NCBI RefSeq assembly: GCF_002571385.2 | Contig: NW_019218014.1 | Span: 254,863-318,862, forward strand | Source: Stylophora pistillata | Lineage: Eukaryota | Direction: 5' to 3' | DNA length: 64,000 nucleotides | In this document: positions 1-12,900 of the stretch, one piece after another | Numbering within the stretch: position 1 is the first letter of the stretch | Layout: each line of letters begins with the position of its first letter | Made by a program: the position numbers and the translations under genes | Notes under the pieces: model-generated | Database searches by the model: none | Seen by the model: the letters and a program-made list of their open reading frames with translations, nothing else | Told to the model about the DNA's origin: nothing

Positions 1-2339
1 GAGAGGTTGTTTATGTTACTTTTGTACCTGGCCCACGTTAAAACGGGAATTTTAAAGGAGCTTAAATGGTTACGGCTGTAAGATCCCTGAAACATCAGTT
101 TTTCCTTTTTATCGTTGTTTCGATTCGTCGAAGAATGTTGTTATAATTTTTCAACGCACATACATGTGAAATGTGAAAATGCGAAATGTTGCAGTTTTTT
201 TGGTATTAGTATTTAAAGTTAAAATTGATCTAGTTTTCTCAGTTAGTTTTGTTTCGCTCGTGAAGGCCGTAGTAGTCCGTAATGACAGTTAAATTCGCGT
301 CCAGAGCAACTAAAATAACCCAGCAACAAATGCGAGTGTTCTCTATCAACTTCATTCTTTTTTCCCTGGCTGCATTTTTAAGGTTTTGTGTTTGTAACTT
401 TCTGTTTTAGTTTAACCGTTTGAATTGTAGCGTTTGCAGCGACCAAAATCTAAATTCTCAAGTTCAAGAGCGTGTCGCTCCAAAACGCGGTTAACGAGGT
501 GTTTGGGACTATTTTACTGATCGAAATGACAAACCAAAATTGACTGTTTGCACGAATCTTTATTCTTGAAAGGCAATCGACCACGAACCACACTCGACGA
601 CGAATATAACGATTATTCTCACAGTCGATCAATCTATCGAACGATCGATCGTAAACTGAAACAACAGTACAACGAAGTTCTATCAATCTACTGAAAAGCC
701 GCGAAATACAGAATCAAAGAATCGCGTGTCAAATACTGGGCTCTAAAGTCGATAACGAGATTAGCGATACAAGTAAAACAGAACAAAAGTTTCGATACAA
801 ACTAAAAGAATTTTGGTGGTAGGTTAACAGCCAATTGTTCTATCTAAATGACAGGCGTTCACTGACTCGCAGTTGGCACGAATTTGGCCTTTAAATCTTA
901 AATCCATAGAGATTATTGCAATATTTGTTTGTATATTGTCGCCCAACTCTGAAAAGACTGGAAAGGAAAAAACAAAGTTACAAAGGTACTCACATATTGG
1001 TCCGCTTGTGCCAGAAGTTTAGAAAACGAAAGGGCGAAACTCTATCAAAACTATTCAAAACTTACGAAGAACTGATTAAAAGGACGCTAAACTTGCCTTT
1101 TATATGCGCATGTTAACGCTGAAAGGTCCGATTACAAAACCAATAGATAAAAACAGATAAGCATTGAAACTATGTGGCTATCTAAGATCACTCTGAAATT
1201 AGTGAACTAATCAATAATCAATCAAAAAATGAGCCTTCTGGCTAATGTCCTAAACATGAATAATTAATCGTTTAACAGAGTCATTCCTTTTTTTTTTTTT
1301 TTAATCAGTCTGTCAAATAGAGAAAACTCGATCGCCATAATGTAAATTGCTGCGTTGGATTTCAAATTTTAAACACTATGAATCGTAATTGCGTGCGGTA
1401 TACCGGAGTAAACGTGCCTATATCGTGAATACGGTACAGCCCAGTATATTGACAATATATCTACTTAGTAGGAATGTATTTTATCTTCCGTTTGTCAATT
1501 GGTATATTGTTCACCTTTTTGTTGCTGAATTACTTATGAAAGAACCACAGCTGTACCGAGCTCACGTAGCAGTTATTATTGTTTACTATCTACACTTTCA
1601 ATTAACAAATCTATTGATACATAATCAAAGGCTGTAAAGCAGAGTCACTCCATGTTTTCGCCAGAATAGTGCGGCTAACTTCCAGAGACAGCTGCAAAAT
1701 ATTTACTGAAAAAAAAAAGGCAATGAACTGTAATTTTTTGGTCGACTTACTTGTTGAAAATATACGTTCTTGAAGCACGAAGCGGTTACTGTGATATATC
1801 GACCACTCAAAAAAGAGGATAATTTATTCATTTATTTTATTATTATCTTATTTTAAATCTGAGAGACAAATAGAAAAAATAAATGTCCCTTAGAGTTTGG
1901 CTCGCACTAAATTACACGTTACGTTCCGCCTCTAAAGGGGTTATTTATTTATCTATTTAGATTATTTGCTGCCTTTTAATCAACAACGATTTCTGTTCAC
2001 AACTTTCTTTGAGAAGAGCCTTGAGTCTATTTGGTTTCTGTCACAGGCAACACTGGTTGTGAGTCGAGGGAGTTACTCTACGACCTCTACATATATACAT
2101 AGCGAAAGCAAGATGTTTCGAAAGTCGCAACCTATTCAAACATTTGCTTTGCTAATCAGTGAATACTCAAGAAGCAGTGACGTCAGTGATAAAATACAAA
2201 ACATTGCTGATCAAAGTGCCTTGTTACGTATTTTTTAATCACCTTTTAAAAGATAAAACTAAGTGGCTGTTTACAATGCCCCTATTTCGCGATTCGGAAA
2301 ATACACTCCGCTTTTAGAAGACGGTGACTTTGAAAGGTA

Positions 2340-2758
2340 AGGATTACAAAATCTATCATNATAATATCCTAGACATTTTAAATAACGTTCAAGGCGTACA
2401 TAACAGTGATTGAAATGTTCAGCTTCTTATTGGTAAAGTAGAGTTTTTGCAAAGGATGTTGGTAAATCTAGACATCGATGATTTCATAACAGAAACCATG
2501 GGAAGAGCTCCTAGTTTGCTGGTAGAAATCGAAAGAACTGAGAATTCTTATGGAGGTCATAGCGCTAGCGTACAACAAGATGGTAGATGTGGACGACCCT
2601 CGTGCGTAATAAACAAAGAACAGCTCTCATATTTAATTGAACAAGGTTTTAAATTGCAAGAGATGGCTACTATGCTTAGAGTAAGTTGCAGAACAGTTAA
2701 GAGAAGAATGATGTCATATAGACGAAGTGTGTCAGGTACATACTATTGTTTAAGCTAG
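2340..2758 (+). pseudogene. Degenerate DNA-transposon/integrase-associated HTH protein fragment
   Basis: ORF 2447-2758 contains GRP followed by a helix-turn-helix-like segment (GRPSCVINKEQLSYLIEQGFKLQEMATMLRVSCRTVKRRM), typical of transposase N-termini. It stops early, before any catalytic domain. Confidence 0.5.
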
Positions 2759-3588
2759 GATATTATGAACACAGTCCAGCAAATACGATTTATCGTCCAT
2801 TTTTCATCCCACAAGATAACCTCGTACGAAGTTATGAGGCTTACATGAGGTACTTGAACTAAGTGAGCCTGCGCTCCTTCGTTATTAGCAGGGTTGCGGT
2901 TGGAAGATGGAAAGTTGAATGTTGAATAGCGCGAAGTACTGCATGTTGAATATATCAATACCATAAGTACAAAAATATTGCATTGCCACAACTACAAAGT
3001 GGAAGTACAAGAACTACAATGTTTAATACTTGAAACTTGGAGGTTTAATTGTAAAAAAGACAATGTTGAATCGAAAAAAGTTTGATAAGGAATAAAAACT
3101 TGAAAGTCCAATCGCGAAATAAGGAAGAACACTAAAAGTACGATGTCAAATCGCAATGTTGAATTTTGGCCCCGATGGGACGCCATAATATAGACAGTGC
3201 GCCCTCCATTAACCGTTGTATTCCATATTCTGTGGGAAGTTTGTCTGTTAGTATATTCGCTCGGCAGTAAATATTTTATTCCGTGATCGAAAACTAACAA
3301 GCCAGTATAGAGTGTTAAGATCATTTCTCCCCAAAAGGTGTGTTATAAATTGTGCATTGAAGACGAACCTTGAAGAGACGAAATTTAAACAGCAAAAGGC
3401 TGATATTGACCCTAATGTAAGCAGTAGGCAAGAGCTTTGAAGGTTTTTACAGAGACTTCATATATATCCCTGAGGTCACCCTTCAGAGCGTAACTAGCAA
3501 CCGCAGTTGATTTAACGACTGCAAAAGGAACGCGGTGAGGGAATTAAGGGAAAGAGAAACATTGTTCTCTTTTGCCAACCTTCCTTTT

Positions 3589-3661
3589 TTATTATCATTA
3601 TTATTATTGTTATTATTATTACTATTATTATTGTTATTATTACTATTATTATTATTATCAT
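3589..3661. repeat. (TAT)n microsatellite
   Basis: Imperfect TAT run; explains the poly-Tyr ORF 3572-3853. Confidence 0.95.
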
Positions 3662-4739
3662 TTTAAATTATTTAGCCATTATGCTATGGAAGACCTGTCG
3701 GGACAAAATTTCAGCGGAAACAAATCGCTTGATCTGTTAGTGGCGGGACAAACAGTCTTCTCTCATAGTCCATCTGACCGTTTTCTTCCTCGTAGCCCGA
3801 GTTCGGTTACTGACGGCTTCAACAGGAAATTCTCTTTCCACAGCAAGTATTAAAGCCAGCACAGGTAGAGAAAGCGGCAACTAAAAACGCAAAAGATCAC
3901 CATTAACTTGAAAAGACCGTTTCTGTCGTACGCGCGTAGCAATTAGAGCGTGTTTTTTTCTTTTGGTTTTTTTTTTTTTATTGTTTTTAATATAGATGGA
4001 TTTGGAATTAACGTATGATTTTAATCAGTGAAATTTTGGTCAGAGGATATTAGTGTGATGCAACTGCCACCGAAATTTTGGAATTTTTTTTATTCGCGAA
4101 AAAAAAATTGGAAAATATTAGAATTTGCTCCTTATACTCGTTGGATATATTTGCTCTGTGTTATCAGGGACCCCTCCTGTCTATCCGATTAACAAATCAG
4201 AAAACCATTATACCTTTTTCCCACAAGTCTCAAGTGCTGATTGATCAAACCATGGACAGGAGACCGTCTCGCGATTGAATTGTTCTGAACCTGCCCTACA
4301 AAAAATCTCAGGGTGTGCTCGGGATTGCCAACATTTACATACACCGGCTCTTGGTTTATCACCTTCAGTTTCCGAAAGCTTTATTTTGTGGATAATTATA
4401 GTCAAAATGCTGGGAAATCGTAAACAAGGCAATGACTCTTTTACGTAACATTGCAAGGTTGGCTGGGAGTCGCAAACTGATATTCATGTCAAATTTTTTG
4501 CACGCCGTTGAAAAATGCTTAATTTTAGATACTTGTGGCTAAGACAGCACACGCGCGTCTGTTTTCCTTTGTCATCGAATATAATCCTTTAACCACGTTA
4601 GCGCTAGGCCAATGAGACGAGAGCGAGCCTTTTAGCTACGTGATCGGGGAATATCAATCGGAGAAATAAAAAAAGTAGAGAATTCTGTTATTGAAGCAGT
4701 GTGATCGTGTCTCTACAAATAGAAAATAGCCTGTCTTAA

Positions 4740-6960
4740 ACGGGATTGCGCCTTACAGAATTGTAAGTATATCTAAAATATATAGAGGAAGTTTTTAATC
4801 GATTATCTGTTCCTAAAGAATTGTGATTTTTGAAAGAATGGTGCTTAGTCGACTCACGTGCATTCGTTTGCTTCTAGTTGACTAGCTAGCTTGTGTGGAA
4901 TTACGCATTAAAACTAGTTCAAAACAACTGGTAGATCCCGTGGACGCTATTTTTCTTGGTGTATCTTCTACTACAGTAGCACGCTAATCTGCAGTGCGAA
5001 ATATCAAATATACGCGATAGTCGACACAGCTATGCAAAGTGGCTATTTTCAATGTAGCTTTTCATCCTTTTATATCCAATGTGATGACAGGTAGCGTATT
5101 TTTTAACTTCGTTCTAAGCAAAGTAAACGATTATAGCCAGTAAGATATCAAGCCTGTGTCAGTATGTAACTGCTCTATGAAACACATAGAACGTCCTAGC
5201 ACGCTATCTAATACAACTGCAGGAAAGACTCGATCGAAAGCTTCCGAAAGCCGCTCATTATGCTCTGTTTTGAACAACAAGACATTCGCTAGGATAATGT
5301 CGGCCGCCCTTTCGACTATAAATGTGTTTTGTTTGTGCACCAACATCTGTTTCACATTTCTACAGTCGAAGCACAGGCGTCCCAAGCCCGGAGGGGTACT
5401 CGATATATTCCTGGGTGGGGAGGTGCGGCGCGGCCCCTCATACCCTGGCCATGTTTAAGACAAATATCGCTGACTATCCTACCCTGTTTAAGACAGAATT
5501 CCGCTTTTTGATACCCTGTTTAAGACATTTAAAGTGCGCCTAAACCCAAAAAATTTTTCGCTTAACAAAATAAGCGTATTTTTTGGAGTATTTCTGTGCA
5601 AAATTTTTTTTATTTGCTCAAATCTTCAATTTTCTGTGCCCAGTCAAAATACAGAAAATCGGCCGCCATCTTGCCCCACGACCGAGTTTAAAGAGGAATG
5701 GCTCTAGCGGGTGATGTGACGTCAAATCGAGAACACGAAAGTCTGCATTTCACACACTTTCACTTTTTTGGGAAGGTTGTGGTCGATATTGTCCGAAAAT
5801 ATGCCGACTAAGTGTATTGTAGAAGGATGTAGCAACGTGCGAAATTTGCAAGAGGGTATCGCGCTTCATACATTCCTCATACAACACACCTAGTCGGCAT
5901 ATTTCGGACAATATCGACGACAACCTTCCCAAACAAGTGAAAATGTGTGAAATGCAGACTTTCGTGTTCTCGATTTGACGTCACATTACCCGCTAGAGCC
6001 ATTCCTCTTTAAACTCGGTCGTGGGGCAAGATGGCGGCCGATTTTCTGTATTTTGACTGGGCACAGAAAATTGAAGATTTGAGCAAATAAAAAAAATTTT
6101 GCACAGAAATACTCCAAAAAATACGCTTATTTTGTTAAGCGAAAAATTTTTTGGGTTTAGGCGCACTTTAAATGTCTTAAACAGGGTATCAAAAAGCGGA
6201 ATTCTGTCTTAAACAGGGTAGGATAGTCAGCGATATTTGTCTTAAACATGGCCAGGGTATGAGGGGCCGCGCCGCACCTCCCCACCCAGGAATATATCGA
6301 GTACCCCTCCGGGCTTGGGACGCCTGTGCTTCGACTGTAGAAATGTGAAACAGATGTTGGTGCACAAACAAAACACATTTATAGTCGAAAGGGCGGCCGA
6401 CATTATCCTAGCGAATGTCTTGTTGTTCAAAACAGAGCATAATGAGCGGCTTTCGGAAGCTTTCGATCGAGTCTTTCCTGCAGTTGTATTAGATAGCGTG
6501 CTAGGACGTTCTATGTGTTTCATAGAGCAGTTACATACTGACACAGGCTTGATATCTTACTGGCTATAATCGTTTACTTTGCTTAGAACGAAGTTAAAAA
6601 ATACGCTACCTGTCATCACATTGGATATAAAAGGATGAAAAGCTACATTGAAAATAGCCACTTTGCATAGCTGTGTCGACTATCGCGTATATTTGATATT
6701 TCGCACTGCAGATTAGCGTGCTACTGTAGTAGAAGATACACCAAGAAAAATAGCGTCCACGGGATCTACCAGTTGTTTTGAACTAGTTTTAATGCGTAAT
6801 TCCACACAAGCTAGCTAGTCAACTAGAAGCAAACGAATGCACGTGAGTCGACTAAGCACCATTCTTTCAAAAATCACAATTCTTTAGGAACAGATAATCG
6901 ATTAAAAACTTCCTCTATATATTTTAGATATACTTACAATTCTGTAAGGCGCAATCCCGT
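4740..6960. repeat. 2.2 kb inverted repeat centred at about 5850, ending at an N-gap
   Basis: Mirror coordinates sum to 11700 (e.g. identical ORFs 5131-5385(-) and 6315-6569(+)). Outer arms appear identical; the centre is diverged. Confidence 0.95.
5533..6167. mobile_element. Palindromic MITE, Kolobok-like, with a THAP-domain N-terminal remnant
   Basis: TTAA at 5529-5532 and 6168-6171 flank AGTGCGCCTAAACCC...GGGTTTAGGCGCACT. Long TIRs. Central 5801-5893 encodes MPTKCIVEGCSNVRNLQEGIALHTF, matching the THAP start (MPxxCxVxGCxN...LHxF). Confidence 0.65.
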
Positions 6961-8304
6961 NNNNNNNNNNNNNNNNNNNNNNNNNNNNNNNNNNNNNNNN
7001 NNNNNNNNGATATTTCCTGGGGCTTTCATCAAAAGCCTGGCTCGGCCTTTTTCAGATGAAATGAAAGAAACAGCGACTCATATTTTCTTCCGGCGCTTAC
7101 CAGTACAGTTTTTTAATTCACAGGTGCTGTTTATGTTGCCGGGTGACCTGCTTACTTTTGATGCAATTTATGAAGGAGATGCGAACAATGGGCGAAAATG
7201 TAAGTTGCTTCCGGTGAGCGTTGAGACACACGACCCGGTCTGGTGGGTAAACGGTTCAGGGGTCACTAAACGCCGATGGTTCCCCACCCTCGTTAGATAT
7301 TTTGAATTGGTCATCGTTTAACGTCGTCCAATCAGAAAAGGGCAATCAACGTGACGGTTTCTGGCTGGCACATGCCAATCTTGCAACGCATCCCAGACGC
7401 TTAAATACTGCGGGATTTTGATTTCTTCGAGGGCTAGCTCCGATCCGTTTGGATGGATTTTCGATTGGAAGGTACGAGGAGAATCGTGCATCTTTGGACC
7501 TTAATGCTGCGAAGTCTGAAAGCGGAGCGATGCGATTTTCGGGGTCAAAATCGCTCGGGCGCTTGAACCCTTTCAAAACAAGGCTTTAACCCTTGTCCGT
7601 CTTCAATGCATTACATTAACAACGAAATCAGACTTATTCAAAATCGCTCAAAAAAACTTTTTTGAGGGAAAATAACGACTATGCATCACAGGTAAAGTAA
7701 TTCAACGTTTATTTATCAATGATTTATGTACATAGTCAGCAATATATCACTCTAGGTGAGGCAAACGGTAAATCTGGTACATTCACAAAAAAACAACGGT
7801 CGGCTACACAAACAGATTGTATGTGGACCCTGTGGTAGCACCACATGCGTTAACAAAGAAAGTCGCTAAAACACCGTTAAAATGACCATTGGCGAGGTCT
7901 TTGTTTTCGTACTCTTAACGACCGTCAGAATCTATTTTAGCAACGAAATACAGTGGAAATCGATTATTTATTGTCAGAACCCGAGTCATTTTTTCCTGTA
8001 CAGAACGCTTTCTCTGTTATTCTGTCACGCAATGCTAACTATAAATCAAAGGCGGCTGGCGATGGAATTCTGCCTGCTGTTCCAGAATAATAATATGTGT
8101 GGTAAGTTTACCCGAGGAAACCCTCGAGAATATCAACACCAAATTGGCTCGCATAGCGAAACAGAACAAACAAGACGGGCCGTATAATAATACGGGCAGT
8201 GTAGTAATGGGAAGAAACGCGTGAAGTGTAATGTAGTATATTACTAAGCGTTGGTGCTGTTTAATGTGCGTTTAAATTGTAATTTCTACGGTTTTCTGTT
8301 TACT

Positions 8305-8416
8305 GGGTCTTCGTTTTCGTTCTACGAAAACAAAGGACCGGGGGTCTTCGTTTTCGTAGTACGAAAACGAAGACCGGGTCTTAGGTCTTCGTTTTCGGGG
8401 GTCTTCGTTTTCGTAA
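8305..8416. repeat. Short GGGTCTTCGTTTTCG repeats with an internal inverted copy
   Basis: Four direct copies plus the reverse complement CGAAAACGAAGACC; probably the interior of a non-autonomous element. Confidence 0.7.
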
Positions 8417-9946
8417 CATCCCACAGTAGCCGGCGCTTGAGCCGCCTGTGATAAACCGGCGTTCAAGTTCTAGATTGCCGATCTAAAGTTGTGAGAGCAA
8501 CGTTTATTTTACAACCTACGTTTTGTCATTTGAAAACAGCTTGGCGAGAAACGACTAGTCACAGACATTTGAATAAAGCGGCGCTCAAGTTCGTTTCCCT
8601 CGAAAGAGAAGGAGCTAAAATGGACGAGGAAAATCCTGCTATCGTACGCCAAACTAGACGAGCAGAGTAAAGTATTTTTTTGTTCCCGAGGAAATTTTAT
8701 CCAGATACAATTTGCATATCATGACAGCTAAATGGGGGAAAAAACACGAATGTTTGTTTTGTCAAAATTTGGAAGCCTTCGTGGCAAGACATTAGGTTCT
8801 TTTAAAATTGGCGAAAATATGGCGACTTGCAACAATTTGGCAAGTTTTTTACTCATTTTACGCTACTCGTTGACAGATTTTTCACTTAAACCATTAAAAA
8901 AAGCTCTAATGCGACCTGGGCCTCAGACAACTGACCGCTTAAAAAGACTAAAGAGGGTGATCGCTTAACATGGCGCCGCTTGATTGAGGTTCGACTATCG
9001 ATGAAATTTCAATTCAATCACGCTAAGATGTGGACATTCATTTTATCAGAATCTCTTAATTATTCACCAGTACGAATTACCGTGTGACCTAACAAGCGAA
9101 GAACAAGCTATGTTAAATAACATGAACGCCGCGTCGTCAACTTCGGTCACTTTTAGCCTGAAATCACAATCAATTAAAAACAGGAAAGAGGGAACAGGAA
9201 ACGTAATACAGGTATTTTTAGCCTTGGTGTGCTATCTGCAAAGTTAAAATTTGAATGTGAATGAGGAGCGCATCGGCTTTTTCGGTTTTCTTAGGTTTAT
9301 TATTATTCCTATTATTATCATTATCTTTCGCATAGGTATCCAACACAGTTTGATTCCTAGTTTTAACCTTTTTTTAATTATCTTCACTATTATTATTACA
9401 ATTGGTTTCATTTTTTTATTGGCTTGTGTGCACTCGACAGGCTTCTTCCTATCACCTCGATCGGTATTATTTTCTTGACCTTCTGTGGTGAAAAATATCT
9501 TTCTCTCCGCGCGACCAAATAGGGTAATTTATAATGTCTGTCCGGTTGACAAAACAGCTTTGTTGCTAGATTGCGATACGGCTCCGTATCCTTTCCAAGA
9601 CAACACTTACTTGGACTATCAGTGTAAACGATTTATTACAAGGCTACTTCCGGCTTTAAACCTTTTCTAAAACATTTTTTTTCGTATCCTTTTATAACCT
9701 ATTACTAGTAATCATTTGATGTTTAAAAGATCCTGTTTCCTTCTTTGCTTTCTTTTTCGCCCTAGGAAAGAAACTAACGTCAAAAAGAGGACACTGAAAT
9801 ACTGGATACTGCGCAAAAGAAGAGTAGCCCTTGACGAGAGATTGATCGAAGATTGTTCCCCCAGTTTCTGAAAATCAATTTTTTTTTTAATCGAGCCGAC
9901 TTTTGAGAATAATCCCATCTACTTGTGACGGCTAGCTGTCCACAGT

Positions 9947-12900
9947 ATGCGTTTTAAACTATCTTGTTTGATGAATTGTTTGGTGGTAGTGCCTGTGATC
10001 TGTGCACTTTTGCTATATTTAAAATCAACACAAGATACTGAGAACATTTGCTGGAAAATTCTATCAAATTGTAGAATGCGTGCTTTCTCTGATGAGCAGC
10101 AAATAACAGAGGAGAAAAATGCAAAAAAGAGGACACCAACAATAGAAAAAAAACGCCTTTTAGATATGAAAAATAACTTAAACGAACCTTTGAAAGTTAA
10201 TGTAACGAGCTTAGTTCTTAAGGAACTGCAGGAAGGATTTTTTGCCGCGGTCCGTGAAGGCACACAAAGAGACTCGACTTTGGATACCACCGTCTGCGTT
10301 TCGGAGCCAACAGTCTTGGAGTGTATGGACATTGGATTTGGTGCCTTGCTATTGGCCACTTTAGATCACGTGTTGTACTGCCGCATGTTGGGAATAGATA
10401 AGATGACCATTTTCTGGAAGAACTGTCAGACGTGTTGTGTAAAAGATCCTCAAGAAAATTCCTGGCCAGCTTACTTCGAGCCTTTAAACACTGAAGCTGA
10501 ACTGAACGCCAAGAAGGTTCTTTGCCTAGGAGGCATTATTGTGGGAAAAGTCCTTGTACGCGAATATGCCAAGTTACCTCGTTTCAATGAAGAAAAAAAA
10601 TATCAAGCTAAGGGAATCTTGAGAAGTTCTCTATTAGACGTTGGGTTTAGAAAACGGCAAAGTTTGCCAGGTTACGAGGAAGGCGCGATTATAACACCAC
10701 AACTAAGGAAATGGGTCCATGATATCATACGCGAACATGTTCGACCCCAGGAAAGTATTCAGTCGCGTATGAACCAGTTTTACATGGAACATATGCACGG
10801 ATATAACATGCTAGGCGTTCACGTGCGTGGAACAGACCACGCAATGGAGATGGAGGAGAAAAAATTACCCGCAATGGAGAAGTGGATTCAAGATGCAGAG
10901 ACAATATTCAAAACCCTTGAGGAGCCCAAGAAAATATTCTTGGCTGGAGACAATAACGAGATTATTGACCGATTTGTAGGATATTTTGAAAAGGATAAGG
11001 TATGGTTCTGACGTTTTGATTTAGTGGTTAAACTTGAAATACAGATTCAAGTTTATTTTGAAGAATGGGGACTCAGTCCGTGTAGTGTAAATTACCAATA
11101 AAAAAAATGTAATTTGGTTTTTACGCCATTTATAAATTCAAATTTTCAAATTGCGCGATATGGAAAAATCCGCCGTCTACTGTTTTCTGGGTCGAGTTGA
11201 AGTGTAGGGCATTGATTTTTGTATTGGTTTCTTTCGTGCTCTCTCTTTTATCCCCTCTTTCTTTCTTTCTCCCTTCCTTTCTTCCTTACTTCCTCTTTTC
11301 TTTCTTTTTTTCATTCTTTCTTTCTTTCTTTGACTCTTCCGTTCTTGCTTCTTTCCTTATTTCTTTCCTTATTGTTTTTTTTCTTTTCCTTGTTTCTTTC
11401 ATCGTATTAGGTTTGGAACGCAACAAAATTGTGTAGGGTAACCTAATGTAGAATGACACTTCACTCGCTAGGAACAGCAACACACTCCGTTGCTTCGCGT
11501 GATCAAAAAAGCAAGTTCCTACAGGAGTAGACCAGTCTGTATTAAACTTGTAAGACCAAAACTTTGTTACATTCCTTTGTTATTCAGGTTGTGTACACCT
11601 CAGCCATAAGAGCTAACAAATACCAGTCTCTCAATCCAATCAACGGTCAAGTAAAAGATATCGATCCCATCGAAACTGGTTCCCAGGTTCTCATTGATAT
11701 ACTCCTCCTGGCCAAATGTGGACATTTTCTTCATGCAGAGTCAAGTGTGGCGACTTTAGCGTCTTTTTTCAACCCGGAAATGGAACTTCACTTTTTAGGA
11801 AGCCTTGAAGAGAACGGAACATTCGAAGCGGTAAGTAATCAAAAAATCTCAGGTAGGACCATTCCGTCAATACCTGAAGTTTCTTTAAAACCAGTCTCAG
11901 ACTTTTCTGAAGCTACCATTGCGGACTCTAGTCAGCGGGCTACGTCTCTTTGGCTCTGCTTCACGAACATCTCTGCCTCGCGGGCTTCTTCCAGAGTTAT
12001 CAAGAGTCGGCCCAGCTTGCTTCGTTTTTCTGGTTTAGTTTGCGAGTGATCTGTCATATTTGTCCAATAATAAAGCATGTCTTTCTTAGCTTATCCTAAT
12101 GGCTATTTATTTCTGATTAACGGTTTTTTTGTTTGTTTTTTTGTTCGTTTTCGTTTGTTTGTTTGTTGTTGTTTTTTTTTTTGTTTTTATTTTCTTTGTC
12201 GTAACTTGTGCCATTGAATTAGGATAAATGTATTGGCAAGAGACCATCGTTATTCATAGCCTGAGGGAGGAGGAAGGATTTTGGGGATCACATTGTTTTC
12301 AGCGTGAACGAAGGGGGAATCCGTGGTCGCCATCAGAGTGTAAAGGAGGGGGGGGGGCTATAGAAAATTAACTGCCAATGAGGGGGGACCGTTGTTATAA
12401 GAATATTACAGTCTGAGAAAGCTCCTGTTACAAAATGGTTTTCCTCAAGGTATTATCACATTCAACATTAATGATGTCTTGAACAAAAATACGAACAAAC
12501 CAAATAAATAACCCTGTTCAAGCTACAGTCCCCAAAAAAGATATCTTAGTTGTGTTACCCCACTTAGGTCTTCACAGTAACCAAGTCACGAAACGTCTGA
12601 AATCCTGCGTTTACAATTTCTACTCTTTCGTCAATCTCAAGATCATATTCCAAAACACACGCCGCATCAAATCCTTTTTTCCTTACAAAGATAGCTTGAA
12701 CCGATCTCAAAGGTCCAAGGTTATCTATAAAGCTGGTTGCTGGAATTGTGATGAGTTCTACACTGGCAAAACAAAACGAAGACTCCATCACAGGAAAACA
12801 GAACATTTTAACGCCCTAGCTAAAGGTGACCATTCATCAGCCATTGCTGATCGTGTGAAGACTACTGGTCACAACATTAAATGGGATCATTTTGACTTTT

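Noticed and set aside
5131-6569. Pairs of identical short ORFs on opposite strands
   Set aside because: By-products of the inverted repeat, with no recognisable domains.
11831-12049. C-terminal continuation of ORF 11564-12049
   Set aside because: A consensus donor GCG|GTAAGT at 11831 and an in-phase downstream exon suggest this is intron read-through.
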